Shown: positions 12,801 to 27,300 of the stretch, in pieces
Layout: each line of letters opens with the position of its first letter
How positions within the stretch are numbered: position 1 is the first letter of the stretch
From: Azolla caroliniana
Lineage: Eukaryota; Plantae; Polypodiophyta
Assembly (NCBI GenBank): GCA_043228905.1
Contig: JBHGNT010000006.1
Span: forward strand, 12,152,001 to 12,216,000
Direction of reading: 5' to 3'
Length of the DNA stretch: 64,000 nucleotides
Translations under genes and position numbers: made by a program
Notes under the pieces: generated by a model
Told to the model about the DNA's origin: nothing
Database searches by the model: none
What the model saw: the letters and a program-made list of their open reading frames with translations, nothing else

Positions 12801-15799
12801 CGTCTTGTCCAGGCATCGACGGACTATCAAGAGATTTTTTTGAAATTTTTTGGGAAGTGATTAAGGTTGACTTGGTTGATGGTCTTAATGAGGCATGGGT
12901 TGTTGGCAGCTTACCTGAGCATTTTAAAGAAGGGCTGATATTTCTAATTCCAAAGGTACAAGGTCTGATGCAAGGCAATGGAGACCGATTACGTTGCTAA
13001 ACACAATATATAAGATTTTTGCCAATATTTTGGCCAAGAGGGTCAAACCCCACTTGAATGCACTAATTAATGTTGGACAAATAGGATTTATGGCAAATAG
13101 ATGCATAATTGATAATGTGTTGACCTTTTGGGAGGCAATTTCCTTGGCAAAGAAAACCAATCAACATATTGCATGTCTCATGCTTGACTTCGAGAAGGCG
13201 TATGACAGAGTACAATGGTCTTTTTTAGATAAAGTGATGGAGAGGTTGGGACTACCCTCCAAATGGAGATCGGCTGCGTTAGCCCTTTACGAAGGAAGTT
13301 TGAGTAGGGTGATGGTGTCCGAACATCAGGGCCTACCAATTTCATGATGCAAGTCTGTCAGGCAAGGGTGCCCGTTGGCCCCCCACCTTTATTTATTTAT
13401 TGCAGAGGCATTCTCTTTCTTTTTTAAATAGACCAGATGCAAGAATAAGGGGATTAATTGTCCCACATGTGGGCAAGGAGTTGTTGGACTCATCATACGC
13501 AGATGACACTATGCTCTATCTACAAGGCAATGACGATAATTTATAGCTTGCTAAAAGACGGATTGAGTTGTTTTGTAGAGCGTCAGGAGGGAAAATCAAT
13601 TGGAACAAAAGCAAAGGATTTTGGGTAAGTTCAAACCCATGGCCTCTTTGGTGCCCTAATGCTGATTTTCAATGGGTCCCCAATGGAATGGTTATTAAAT
13701 ATTTGGGTTTTTTGGTGGGCATTGAGACACCTAAAAACCAACAGCTTGAGCAAGTGAAAGACAAAATCAGAAAAAAGCTTCGGGTATGGGCATCAGTAAG
13801 CTTTCTTTTGTAGGTAGGGTGGTCGTGGTAAACCACATTTTGTTAGCCACCATGTGGCACTCGGTGGCATGTTGGGTGTTAGACAAAACTTGCATAAAAA
13901 ATATTAAGGCAATGGTGAGAGGGTTCCTATGGTTGGGTAGAGACCATGAGAGGGCATCAGCTAAATTGGCATGGAGTTGTTTGATCAAGGCGAAAAACCA
14001 AGGTGGACTTGGGTTGGTGGATCCAGTTCACCAAAGTAAGGCTTTACTCAGTAAGCTACTTGTGCGAAGTTTACAACCTGGACCTGAACTGTGGAAGATG
14101 CTTCTTAGGGACAGAGCTGACCTTTGGTGTCCAAGGAATGGCGGCCCTTGGAAGGCAAAGATGTGGTGGTGGTTCAGTCTAGATCTAAAGATGAAAGAAC
14201 CAACTAGCATGGAGGACAGGGTGGCCCGTGCCATAATGATGGCTTGGTCAAGTGTAAGAGAAGGGTTGGTCTTAATGCAACCGAAAACATTGGAGGAACA
14301 ACTCCGACAACCGCTATTTTGGAACCCTAGGATTAGAAGCGAGGACGGCATGATGCTTGGATAGAAAAAATATTTGCCATGGGGCCGCATGTTAGGGTAC
14401 AATGTTAGTTCAATAAGAGAATGGGATGTTTTCAAAATGAAGAGTGAGGGTCAGTTTGGTAGCATTTCTTGTAGGCTTGAGAAGGTGACCCAACTGATAA
14501 ATAAGGTTGTTGATGGTCTAGATAGGTTGAATAAGGAAGAGGGGATCTGGTTTGGGTGGTTTGTAGATGAGAGTGATGGACAAATTATTCATGGCAAGTG
14601 TCCATCTAATGAATATCGTTTGTGGGGAAACCTAAGTGCTTTGTCCGATAATGGTCGGTGGTTGGTAGTGCGGGTGGCAGTGTTGGAAGGTAAGAAGTGG
14701 CAAGTAAACCCGGATCCATGGAAGCTAGATACTGATTGTAAACTATAACTATTTGACAACAAGCCTCTACATGATTTGGAGTGGGATCCACTAGAGGTAT
14801 GGTGGCAGAAACCATGAACGAACAAACTGGAGGGGTTTTTTTATTATAGTACTAAGCTCGGAAGGCAAATCATTGGCTCCAAATCAGTGGACGTTGCTCA
14901 GACTCGCAATAGTTGGAGGGATAAAGGCATATCAGATGACTTGTTGAAGTCATTTTGGAGGAGACTATGGGCATCAAATATGCCAGAAAAAATAAAGATG
15001 TGGTTTTGGCTTCTTAGTCATAAGGCGTTACCCGTAGGGGAGTGGATGAGGTCTCATGGTGGGGAAGCTGGTTGTACGTTATGTGGTCACTCTTTGGAAT
15101 CTATACCTCACTGTTTTTGGAACTGTGCAGAGGCAATCAGCATTTGGGGTCGAAGTCTCAGGATAATGGCAGCATGCGGTGTGAATGGGAGAGTTGTGTG
15201 GGGGTCCTTATAGGGTTTGAAACTAACTAAGGAAGGTTGGGCGGAACATCTAAATCCACATGGTCATGGTTTTATAGTGTATTCAAATGTGTTGGAGTGG
15301 AACCTAGTACAAACTCTGGGTTTTTTTAGGAGATATGAATGTTGGTGGCATGCTTCTCGGTCTAGCACATTTGGACTAGACGATGTATGTTTGTTTTTCA
15401 GCAACGAAAACTCCCAAGTGGTGAGGTGTTGCTAAACATTTGGTTCCAGCTTGTATCTTGGTTGCGCGGACAATACAACTCGATTGAAGGGAACTCGGAT
15501 GAAGCAGAAAGGGCTCAGTCGAAGTTTTTGCTGAAATGGGATCGTTCTCCTATGATGGTAAATTCAGCGTCAGGGCCTAAATGGAACTACCAAGCACCGA
15601 GATGGCTATTTCCGCCATTTGCTTCCATGAGTGGACAGGAGTTGTAAATATGTGGTCACCATGTACAAAGTGTTAGCGGGAAACTTTTGTTGTAAATAGT
15701 AGGGTGGGGATTATGTTGTTTTGATTATGGCTGATCTTTGATGTACTTCTTTTGCTAACTAATGGGAAGTAGTGTTTTTTTTGGGGGGGAAAAAAAAAA
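9900..15799 (+). mobile_element. Degenerate L1-clade LINE (ORF1 remnant, ORF2 EN-RT-zf, poly-A tail)
   Basis: ORF2 from ATG 11370: MKLITWNIQGLG, VNVYAPN, LAGDFN, SRIDRIY, PGIDG, LDFEKAYDRV, VRQGCPLAP, YADD (13496), CTLC..ESIPHCFWNC. A-tail at 15790-15799; multiple stops and frameshifts. 5' boundary approximate. Confidence 0.92.
10509..10948. mobile_element. Solo LTR inserted into LINE ORF1
   Basis: TGTTG...CAACA termini and TSD TTTAT. Removing it restores the frame (LRIY|VIIVERNK). Confidence 0.9.
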
Positions 15800-17398
15800 C
15801 AACTTTTCATGGAGTTTCTAAATCTCTACGAAAGTCATGATGCCAAGAAGAAAAAATCATAGAAGGTTGCAATAACCATTGTACTAAATACAAAGCATGT
15901 TATATATGGAGAACCCCACCAACAAGAAGAAAAAATAAAACATAAGTATTTCAAAAAAGCCAAAATTTGACCAATTGAAACATGAACTCTACCTATAAGG
16001 TATACATATCGTCGAGCTAATATATGACAACCAATATTGAATCGTTTAGGTACATAAAAAATAGACATTGGCTTGAGAAGTTTTTATGCAATAATGTGAT
16101 TTACCTTAACTTTGGCAAGAATATGTCCATAGTAATGGGAGTATCCATCAAAACAACATATATGATATTAATTCTGAAGAGATTCCTCTTCGCAAGTCAA
16201 TTTGGTGCAATTTTTTTCATGTTCACATTGCAGTAGCTTGATGTAGGTTCTTTTCTATCCTGGATTGAGGTAGCATAGCGATCACATAACGATCATAAAA
16301 CAATGTTGCATAACAACAATATAGAAGCGACACATGTTGGGACGACCATAATGACATGTTTCTACATTGCGCGGGGCTCATGTTTTGTAATAGTGGTAGT
16401 TCATTTAATATTGATAAAATGTAATCAATAAATTATAAGATGTTATTGGCATCATAGTATGAACCATACGTACCATACGCGCATTCGCATTCGAGTATGT
16501 TTCAATCATTCGAGTATGGTAAACACCCTTGAAATATGGTAAATACCATACTTTTGGATTCATTGTTTACTATAAGGTAAAACTTTTTTTTAAGGTAAAA
16601 AATTGAATGACATTACAAATTTTCTCCATGAGTTGTTACAACAAAAGAAAAAATCCATGAGGATGATGATTTTGAATCAGGATTAATAATAGGATTGGAA
16701 CTATGCTAATCTAATTATATGTATAAGCTTAATGTTACGTTTAAGTTAATTAATAGATTTTTGTGGCGACGTTAATTAAAAGTATATACATGATTAGTCA
16801 TATATATGTTACTTTTGTAGCTAATTAATCAATGAATGGAGCAAGGTAAGGGTGTGGATCAAAGTGCTAGACATCAACGGTGGGAGATCAATGAACGAGA
16901 TCTCATGGGGGGCCACCACTGGCAATGGAGACGAGTTGTGCCGATACAGAAACACTGGCAAGAAGCAAACGGAATTTCTTAGAGAACAACACCATCATGA
17001 AGAAGACGACAAGAATGTTGTTACGAGTAGGTAGAGTAGAGAACCAAGGGAGAATTATTTTGTTCTGCTCTAAATCGTAATGTAAGGACATGAGGGTGGA
17101 GGTTACAACAAAGAGGAAAGGCAGTGAATCTCTACAACAGAGAGAGGGGGGGGGGGAAACAACAGAGAGGAAGAAGTCTCACACCAGACTCTATCTCCAC
17201 ACACTACTAAGTGGAAGATCAGTTTTGGCCTTTTCACACTTAGCATGTATGGGGGATACATGTATAACAATCTCCCACTAAAGGGCCTAAACTAGGAGTA
17301 CGAATAATGGAAGGTTGACATGTACAAGACCTAGACCTATACCTCCCACTTGATGGGCATGTTACACAATGTACACGACAAGTGTGTAACGTAAGGCA

Positions 17399-18796
17399 CT
17401 AAGTGATTCTCATCAAGTGACAACAATGCTCCAACGCATCTTGTGGTAAGGCCTTGGTCAATGCATCTACGGCATTTTCGTAAGAAACGACCTTCTCAAG
17501 GTTAATACAGCCATTAGCTACGCATTCCTGAATGAAATGGTATCGCACTCCAATATGTTTGGTCTTCGCATAATATACCGGATTCTTAGCCAAAGCAATG
17601 ACACTCTGACTATCACAAAACAATCTGGGTACATGTTGCGGTATACCCATGTCACTAGCTAATCGAGACATCCAAATTGCTTCCTTACATGCCTCACTGG
17701 CTACAACATACTCAGCCTCTATAGTTGACAATGTGACACAATCTTGGAGACGGGATCTCCAAGCAATGGCACCTCCCATAATCTGAAAGATGTACCCTAA
17801 AGTAGATTTACTACTATCAGCACATCCGGCATAATCTAAATCTATGTATCCAATGATAGAGGCATCCCCTTTACCTAAACAAAGGCACTTATCCTTAGTG
17901 CCACTTAGATATCTCAATATCAACTTGACTGCGTCCCAATGTTTCTTACTAGGATTTGACATGAATCGACTTACTGCTCCTATTGCAAATGCAATGTCTG
18001 GTCTAGTAGCCACCATGGCGTACATAAGACTCCCGACTGCGGATTGATAAGGAACCTTGGACATGAATTCCTTGTCCTCATCAGATGTGAGGCTATCACA
18101 TGTGCTCAACTTTACATATGTAGGCAATGGAGTGCTCAATGGTTTTGCATTCTCCATATTAAACCTCTTGAGTACTTTGCATTGGTACTTAGCTTGAGAC
18201 AAGTAAATGCATCGCGTACTCCTATCGCGAGTAATACGCATACCAAGAATATGTTTTGCGTCTCCCAAATCCTTCATGTCCAAAATCTGGCTCAAGTTTT
18301 TCTTCAACAAGGATAACTCATCCTTGTTTTTACCAACGATAAGCATATCATCAACATAGAGTATCAACATAATGGAACTGTTATTGCTTCTAGTGCACCC
18401 CTGCATCTTCATAAAAGCATCAAACTTTTGGTACCACAATCTAGGGGACTCCTTAAGCCCATACAAACTCTTCTTGAATTTACATACCAAATGTTTTTTT
18501 CCCGAGACTTCATGATCTTCTAGTTGTTCCATATAAATATCCTCATCAAGGTCCCCATGTAAAAAGGCAGTCTTCACATCCATTTGGACTAATTCCAAAT
18601 CCTGATTTGCAACTAATGAAAAAAACATACGTAATGTAATCGTCTTAACTACAAGAGAGAAGGTTTCATCAAAATCAACTCCATGTTCTTGCTTGAAACC
18701 TTTGGCTACCAAGCGTGCTTTATACTTTGGGGAAACACTATCAGACGTATACTTGTATACCCACTTGCATGGTAATGCTTTCCTATCCTTTGGCAA
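17399..18796 (-). pseudogene. Copia RT/RNase H open stretch of element A
   Basis: ORF contains YKARLVAKG, QMDVKTAFLHG, LYVDDMLI, SAVGSLMY, TKHIGVRYHFI. Confidence 0.9.
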
Positions 18797-18940
18797 AGGT
18801 ACTAAATCTCAAGTACCATTCTTATACATACTATTCAATTCACTTTGCATGGCATACTCCCACTTAGCATGATCATTAGCCAACATAGCTTCTTTATAAC
18901 AAGAAGGTTCACCTTCGTCCGTTAACATCAAATAGTTCAT

Positions 18941-19661
18941 TGTCGTGAGGATTTTCGGCAATGGTGAGAAAACCCGAGCGGGAGGAATAAAACAAGATGT
19001 GCAACATTGCACGTGAACTTAGGAAAATTGTAACATAGGAATAATAGAAAAATGTAAGGAGGAAAAGTAAGATGTAAAGGTATAAAGGTGATGTGCACTT
19101 TGTAGACTAGAGTGAGGCACATGAAGTATGGGTGTAGGGAGTAGTGGGCATTGAGTATGTCGGTAAGAGGAGAGGGAGTTAAGACCCATCAATCTCACCT
19201 CCTAAGATTGAGGTCAAATACTCTCCTTTGAAAGAAAGGGGATTTGACCACTCCTTTTTGTAATGTGCCTCACCCCTTACAACTATAAAAGGGAGTGAGG
19301 GGTCACTTTTGAGGGGCTTCCACTTTTGGGTTTCTTTGGGTTGCCATTAGGGTTTCGAAATTTTGGATTTTAGGATCTTGTTTTAGGGGTTTCATTCATC
19401 ATCATCTTCTTCTTCTTCTTTTCCCCTATCCGGTTAGGGTTTCATCTAGAGGGTTTACATTCGGCCTACAAGACCACGGTTGTAATTGGCGTGGTGCTTT
19501 CCATAATGTATCTTGTCTTGTTTAGATCTTATTCTCTTGAATCTTAATCTTTCTCTTCCTTCTTGGTTGAACTCAAAAGCTTCTCTCCCTCCTCTTACTC
19601 CCTAGTCCAAGACCCCCGTGGTCCCGTCCTATCTGACACGCACGCGCGGATTTCCACGACA
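18941..19661 (+). mobile_element. Solo LTR related to family C, inside element A
   Basis: TGTCGTG...CACGACA terminal inverted repeat; shares blocks (CTCCCTAGTCCAAGACCCCCGTGGTCCCG) with LTRs 41650-42364 and 59315-60027. No TSD (TTCAT vs CCGTG). Confidence 0.88.
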
Positions 19662-22600
19662 CCGTGAACTTAGCAAGTGGCCTAGAGACACGAGTAAATA
19701 GTCTCCTTGGTTGCTGAACCGGAGTCAGACTATTTTCAGGTTGTACACATGCATCCTCATTTTGAGCATCCTCATATGGGTGAACATTTGTAGGATTGTT
19801 TGGCATAGGTGTGTAATTATTCTTTTGCACACTAATAGAGCGTGTAACATCTTGAAACGCCATTTCCTCACGTCCACTTCCTTAATTGGTTGCTTATGCA
19901 TAATCTTTTCATTGAAAACGACATCACTACTTCTAACTATAGTGCATGTTTCAGGATCCCACAAACGATATCCAAATTGACCATCTACGCCATATCCAAG
20001 AAAAATACATTTTCTGCTCTTAAAATCTAGTTTTTTCCTTAACTGTTTTGGAACGTGAACATACGTTTCACATCCAAATACCCTAAGATGATCATAGTTT
20101 GGTGTTTTTCCTATCCACAGCTCTTGCGCCACTTTCAATCCTTTGGCAGTACTAGGTGATAGATTTATCACATGGATTGTTGTCTGAACTACTTCAGCTC
20201 AAAAACCTTGCGGCAGATTTGCATGATGCAACATAGAAACAACTCTGTCCTAGATGGTTCTATTCATCCTTTCTGCCACACCATTTTGTACCGGAGTGTA
20301 AGGGGTAGTAAATCTTTGAACTCATGAGAGGTATACTCACCTCCATTATCAAAACGTAAAGCCGTAAGCTTTATACCCTTTTCGGTCTCAACCGAGGCAA
20401 GCCATTTTCTGAAAGTAGAGTATACATCACCGTTTTGTTTTATGGGATACACCGAAACCTTTCTAGTGGCATCATGATAAATGTAACAAAATACAAAGCT
20501 CCACCCAATGATCTAGTAGGCATAGGGCCACATACATCTGTATGAGCTAGATCCAAGGGTTGAGTAGATGAATCAGAATTAATATTTTAATGCACACTTC
20601 TAGTTTGTTTACCATATTGACAATGCTCACAAACTAAAAAATTTGAAAATGATAACATAGGTAAATAGCCAAAACATGATAAAGTTTCCATTCCAATACG
20701 AGACATGTGGCCTAAACGGCCATGCCAAATACAACTCATAGGTTGTTCTGTGACTGTCAAAAGATGCTCTTTTTGATGGACAATTAAAGGATAAAGTGAA
20801 CCAACTTTGTTCCCTTTGGCAATAACCATATTTCCTTTCGTAATATGAAAGGATTGGGAAGAAAATATCACTTTAAAACCAATGTTATCAAGTTGTTCAC
20901 AATAGACATTAAGCTACGAGTTAGCTCAGGCACATGGCGTACATTTTGTACAGTAAATTGAGAGCCATCAGAAAAGGGTACCATGAAATCTCCAATGCCA
21001 ATCACATCACATTGATGTGAATCTCCAAGTTCTATTATACCAAGTGGTTTAGCTTCGTATTGTGTGAACCACTCTCTATGTGGACTCACATGAAATGAAG
21101 CACCAGAGTCCAACCATGTATGAGCAAGTGCATGAGCAATATTAGCCTCAGAATAGGTAGCATCATCATCCATGACCAAGATGTCAACATCATCATCGCA
21201 TGCGGCATTTATTTCCTCCATCTTCAATGAAGATGATGAACCAATCAACTGTTTAACATGCCCATCACCATGAGTTTTACCCTTTTCCTTTTCTTTGTTC
21301 TTCAAGGCATAACAGTCTTTCTTGATATGACCCTTCTTATGGCAATAATGGCATTCCACGAGTCTCTTCCTAGACTTACTTCTGCTCTTATCATGATTTC
21401 CATGACTATTTCTAGTATGGCTTCTACCACGTTGTTGGTTCTTGCCATAACCAGAATCTCGAACATTATATGCCTCTCTAACTTGTGAGGAAACCATAGA
21501 TTTCCTACGTATTTCTTCACCCAATAGTGCTTCACTTATGTCATTATAGACCAATTTCCCGTTTGGTACACTAGCGCAAATAGCGGTGCAAAATGTGTCC
21601 CATGAGCTATGCAATGTGCATAGCAAAAATACATCTTTCAGCTCATCATCCATGGTCCTTTTCTGAGCTTGCAATTGCGACCATAATGCATCAAACTAAT
21701 TTAAATGAGACGCAACACTATCCATATCCTTCATACGAAGATCATGTAGCTTTCTAATCAAATACACCTTGTTACCTGCAGTTTCCTTCTCATAGGTATT
21801 GCATAACTTTTTCCAAAGTTCTTTGGAGTTTTTACTGTCTAAAACAGTAAAGTAGAAACTATCTACCAAGTGCAATCTTATAGTGGACATAGTTAAGGCA
21901 TCAAGTTCTTCCCAATCATCATCATCCATGTCATTCGATTTCTTCTCTTTGCCACCTAAAGGCCTCGTTTGCTTTCTTTGAACCAATACATCATGCATCT
22001 GATTCTTCCACAAAGCAAAATTAGATCCATCAAATTTCTGGATCTCAATATGATCTTTTCCCAAAAATGAATAGTTCTTACTTGAACTATTGCGACCAAT
22101 AGAAGTGCTACTAGATGCATCCAACATTTCAGACTCCATGGGAGTGAATGATAGTATCAGGCAACAAAATACGATTGGGCAATAAAAACTAGTAACTGAC
22201 TAGCTTATGACAAACTGTCAAAAATTGATACCAATATTGTGTGTAGCACGCACCACTAAAAGCATACAACTTCCAAACTATCAACAACAAACAGTAAAAA
22301 AAGACTGATACCACTCTTGTGTATAACACGCACCACTGAAAGCATCTAACTTCCAAAATATCAACGATACTAACTAGCATACATCTCCCAAATCACAAAC
22401 TATAAGCATCTGCTCTGCTATACATTCACACTGACCCCAAATCTCTCTTCCAAATGTGGCAGGGGTCTCTCCCACCAGAAATGTTTCGCATATGACGAAT
22501 AAATGAAGAGTTTAACCAGGGGAAATACCTGTGAATAGCAGGCTCTTTTCTTCAATGTCGAAGATGATGGAGATGCCCAATAGCAAGTAGATGCTTCAAC

Positions 22601-24335
22601 CAGGCCCAATACTCCAATGCTCGCCGCATGAATCTCCTACGTCACTGCTACAAGTCTCTGACGCTCGTTGCTTCCAACTCCAAAGCTTCCTATCATTGTC
22701 TCCCAAGCTCTGATACCACTATTACGGGTAGGTAGAGCATAGAACCAAGGGAGAATTGTTTTGTTTTGCTCTGAATCGTAATGCAAGGACAACAAGGATG
22801 AAGAAGGGGCCAATAGATGACGCTCTATACAACCGGAGGGTGGAGGTTACAATAGAGAGGAATGCCAGTGAATCTCTGCAACAAAGAGAGAGGGAGAAAA
22901 AATAGCAGAGAGGAAGAAGCCTCTCACACACTCGCTCACACACGCACACACCAAACTCTCTCTCCACACACTACATGTATGGGGGATACATGTATAACAC
23001 ATGTCGGATGCAAAAGTCAACGAAGCGCTTCCTGACAACCAAATCAAGGTGAAGGCAAGCCAGAAATCAACAATACCATTGATGAGAACAAATCATGAGT
23101 ATTAGATCCGGAGCAACTCCTCCTTCTCAGATGCTCCCCTACCCATAACAATGGAGGGAACAATAAAGTTGCAATTGTTGGACAAGGATGATCTAATGAC
23201 GCCCAACAACAATGGCGGCAATAATAATAGCAACTGTAATAATATCATATGGTTCGCAAGGCACGTGTCTCGGTTTGAGCGCGATGCCAAGCGCCCATGG
23301 TACTATGCAAAACATTGGAGGTTGGATGCCAGAGGACTTAGGGAGCTTGGGGTCGTGCTGATGTGTAGAAATCGATGGCAGGAGAAGGTGTGAAGTGCAT
23401 TGTCCAGAACGAGCAAAATGAAAAGTAAACAAGTTAAAAAACATAAGAATGTTTGGATAATATACACATTCATTTGCAAATGTATTAAAATGAATGTTTG
23501 AGCAAACAAATGCATACATTATGTACTATAATTATCATATTAGCACACAAAACTATTAGAAAAATTATATGCACAGAACTCTGGATTAAGAGTCAAGACC
23601 ATGGTTTTTGTGTATCAATAACTCATGGTTTTCCATATATAGAAACTATGGAAAGTACTTTTAATTTAAATTCAAAATTTCATTGAGGCAGAGACACTAT
23701 ATAAATGTGTCCATTTGAACGTAATAGGATCATATATTTTATTCCAAAGAAAACCTTATGGATAGACTATACTAGGTTTCAACAAGAGTTCAATGGTCAA
23801 AGACCACGGTGCTCTCAAACCCAACAATGCATGTCCTCTCGATTCATTAATATATTCCATATTTTCTATGTCAATCTCGTCTTTGTAAATTTGTGTGCGA
23901 GATTTCGAGTTCACGAAACAAAGCTATGCCCACTTAGTGTCACAGATGGAAATCGAACCCCCAACCTCCCATGTCATAACCAATTATAGAGAATGCACCT
24001 TGATAGATAATGTGGTTGTGACATAATGCTTGTACATTTAGGGTAGTTTCTTCATTCTAGAAATCTTTGGAAAGTTATAAAAACTTTTGGAGGATCGTCA
24101 TTCTAGAAACCTCTTCGACTCATTAGTGACCTCTTCCCTCATGTATGCATGAGTGGTTTCAGCTCCAAGGCTACCACATTTCATGTGGGCACAATTAGAG
24201 AGACCATTGGTGATGATTCTATCACGTCAACTCCGACGTAAATCGACAATGCCACAATTAGGGCCGAGTTAACCCCCAATGCTAGTAGAAGCACTTTTTC
24301 AACTAGTAGTTTTTATTAATGGTATACATAAATAA

Positions 24336-27300
24336 TCATATGTTGTACATAATGCATGGTTTATCTCTTTTTTGGCTCTTCACAAGCATAATCTTTATTT
24401 TAGAGCTATTGACACTTAATTTAGTATGCATGCAAAAAATTTCCAATGCCTTCATAAGCTTTTGTGCATCTCCTAAAGTATTTGCAAAAAGCACTACATC
24501 TACATATAGCAAAAGCATAATCACAACATTCCCAATGGCAACTTCTTCAACACATTCTTCCTTTGCAAACTTGGTAACCATTTCTTCCAATTCATCAATG
24601 CATAGACCAAATAGTGTTGGTGAGAGTGGGCATCCTTGCTTAACACCAATAGTGCTTTTGGAATAATCTGAAAGTTTATCTCTCATGCGCACAGAACATA
24701 TAACCTTCTCATAAATTCGGGAAATTGCAAGCATATATTCACATGGCACCTCAAGTTCTTCCATTCTCCTCCAAAGATGCTCATGAGGTACCATATCAAA
24801 AGCTTTCTTGAAGTCTACAAAGAAACAATATAAACCGTTACCTCTAAGAGGGCTTTCCTCCATTAATACTCGAAGGGTGACAAGGTGATCAATGGTGTTA
24901 TGGTGTTTTCGGAGGCCAACTTGTCCATAAGCTCTCTTACCATTTTTTTCAGCCCACATACTTATCTTTGATTCCATTATACATCCAAACAGTTTTGCCA
25001 TTAATGAGCCAACCATGATGGTTCGATAGTTGTTTGCATTATTTACATCTCCACCTTTATGTAAAGGTTTGATCCAATTTGTAGTCCAATCATATGGCAT
25101 ATGATGTTGCAATGCATCATTAAACATATAGCTTATCCATACATGTGCTTCCTTTCCCATCCATTTGAGCATTTCAGCCTTTATACATTGAAGATCGCTT
25201 CCTTTCGAGAGGCCAATTTCTTAAGTCCTGTGCATATATCTTCAATTGTAAAGAAGGGAGACATATGTGAAAGAGAACCATAACACATCATCTTTCTAGC
25301 AAGAGATAACTTTTATAAATTCTTACAATGCATATACAAGTCGTAAAGAGTTAAGTCACCATAACTCTCAACACATTTCCCCTTTAGATTTCCCCAAAAT
25401 TTAGCACATGCATGTGCTTTCTCTTGCGTTTGGATAAATTGTTGAGTAACTTCCCATATTCTTCTCTTTCTTTGAATAAGCCTTCTATACTCATGCAAAT
25501 GCTTTTGGTAATTCTCTTTATCCTTAACTACATCCAAAACCATAAGGCACTTTCGAGCTTCACAACATTCTTTATCAAACCATTTTTTCCTAAGTTTCTT
25601 GGTGCATTTCCAAGATGTGCGGTTGGTCGAAAAACATTTGTTTGTACAGGAGAGAATGACTTTCTTGAAAGCTTCCCATTTTCATTCTAGTGTGGGACCA
25701 TGTTGTATCTTTGTCATTTGTAACATATCCTCAACCATCTTGGAATACATGGGCGCTCGCTTAAGGTTCATGCTCAAGTGCGGTTACTTATTATCTTCAA
25801 TAGCCTTCTCACAATCAAACCTATGCATACATTTGAGATCAATACATAAAGGCCTATGATCGGATTCCGGTGTCCATTCACCAAGTGAGAATTTATGTAT
25901 ACGATCCAAAATACCTTCGGAAAGTAGCACATAGTCAATCACACTATTTCCGTTGTGTTTTCTACATGTAAAACCATTAGTGTTGGGCAATAAGGAAATA
26001 CCATTTGCAATAAGCAATTCGATACTATTGCACATTTGTAGGAGTAACTTCCCAAATTGGTCCGCATCTTTTTCATCTTTAGAAGAGTGGTTATACATTT
26101 GCATATCCTCTTGCATCCTTGAGATATGTGGCATGAAAGATTCTTGTGAATCAAGTTGGAAACTTCTTGCACGAGCATTCACGTCACCAAAGACAAGAAC
26201 TTCCCCTTTGGATTTGAAATAAGCAATATCATCTTCTAGATTGGCAAAAGGTTGATCTTTATCCAAACAAGCATAAAAGTTAAAATCTTGATGAGGAATG
26301 TAACATCCAACTACAAAAGTGGGCAAATCATTAGGTGTTTCTATTTTGAGCCATATGTAGCATTTATGTTCATCATTTTTTATGATTGACACATATTTCT
26401 CTATTTCCTTCTTAATCAAACATGCCACCCCTCCTTGTCCTCTTCTTTTTGTCTTGGGTTTTTCTTCCATATCAAAGACTGTATATTATAGTTTCCTAAA
26501 CCTTGAATCCTTTGAGTATCATACTCCCATGTTTCAACAAGAAGTGTGATATCCAAGTCATTGGTATGCCAAATCCCGCATTCCGTGGGTATCCATTGCA
26601 ATTCCAAAAGCATAGTCGTAAAAGGTGTGGGTTAGTCTCATAGATCACGTGTCCCTATTTGCCTACATTTCCATCTTTCGGCACATCCTTAACCTTATTT
26701 TTCAATCTTTCTTCATATGCTTTACGACGAGCATTTTGTTGTGAGATAGTACGATCTTCACTCACAAAGCATTGCATACCTTTGAGGTATACCCAACTAT
26801 TTTCGAGTATGATCCTCCGCTTTGTATCATCTGTCATTGTGCATACAATAGGCCTTTCTCCGGAGTGAGTAACACCATGGTTCCCAACTCGGTGTGCCCC
26901 ATATACATTCACATCTGACAACCCATAATGCATGCTAAAAATTCACCAATGGCTTGTCCAAGGGATGCAGGTGTTTCCATACTCTCTTCTTTAATCCCAC
27001 GAATGACAATGTTCTTTGATCGTTGTTTACGTTCTTTCAATTCTCGGACATCGATGCTTTCTATATTCTTCTCTTGATGCATCACATGCCACATAGATCA
27101 GCCCATGACTTCGTTGTACATACATTTTTCATCTCACTTACATCCCACCTCATCATGTCCAATTTTTCTTCTTTTAATGATTCCTTTAACTCAATCTTGT
27201 TAAGGCGCTCATTTGTTTCGAAAGAAGCTCTTTTACATTCTTGAATCTCTTCTTGAAGTTTTGCAACCACTTGATTAAGATTTTCATTCTCAATGACAAC

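Larger units (their letters stand above)
17019..22999 (-). mobile_element. Old full-length Ty1/copia element (family A), pseudogenised
   Basis: LTRs 22720-22999 and 17019-17269 (diverged); iMet PBS TGGTATCAGAGC at 22707-22718; PPT ~17270-17280; TSD AATGT/CATGT (1 mismatch). Domain order gag (FDGSNFALWK, CHYCHKKGHIKKDC), PR (WLDSGAS), IN, RT (QMDVKTAFLHG, LYVDDM), RH. Confidence 0.95.

Noticed and set aside
23940-23990. tRNA gene (GGTTCGATTTCC B-box on the minus strand)
   Set aside because: No complete cloverleaf; at most a SINE/tRNA remnant.
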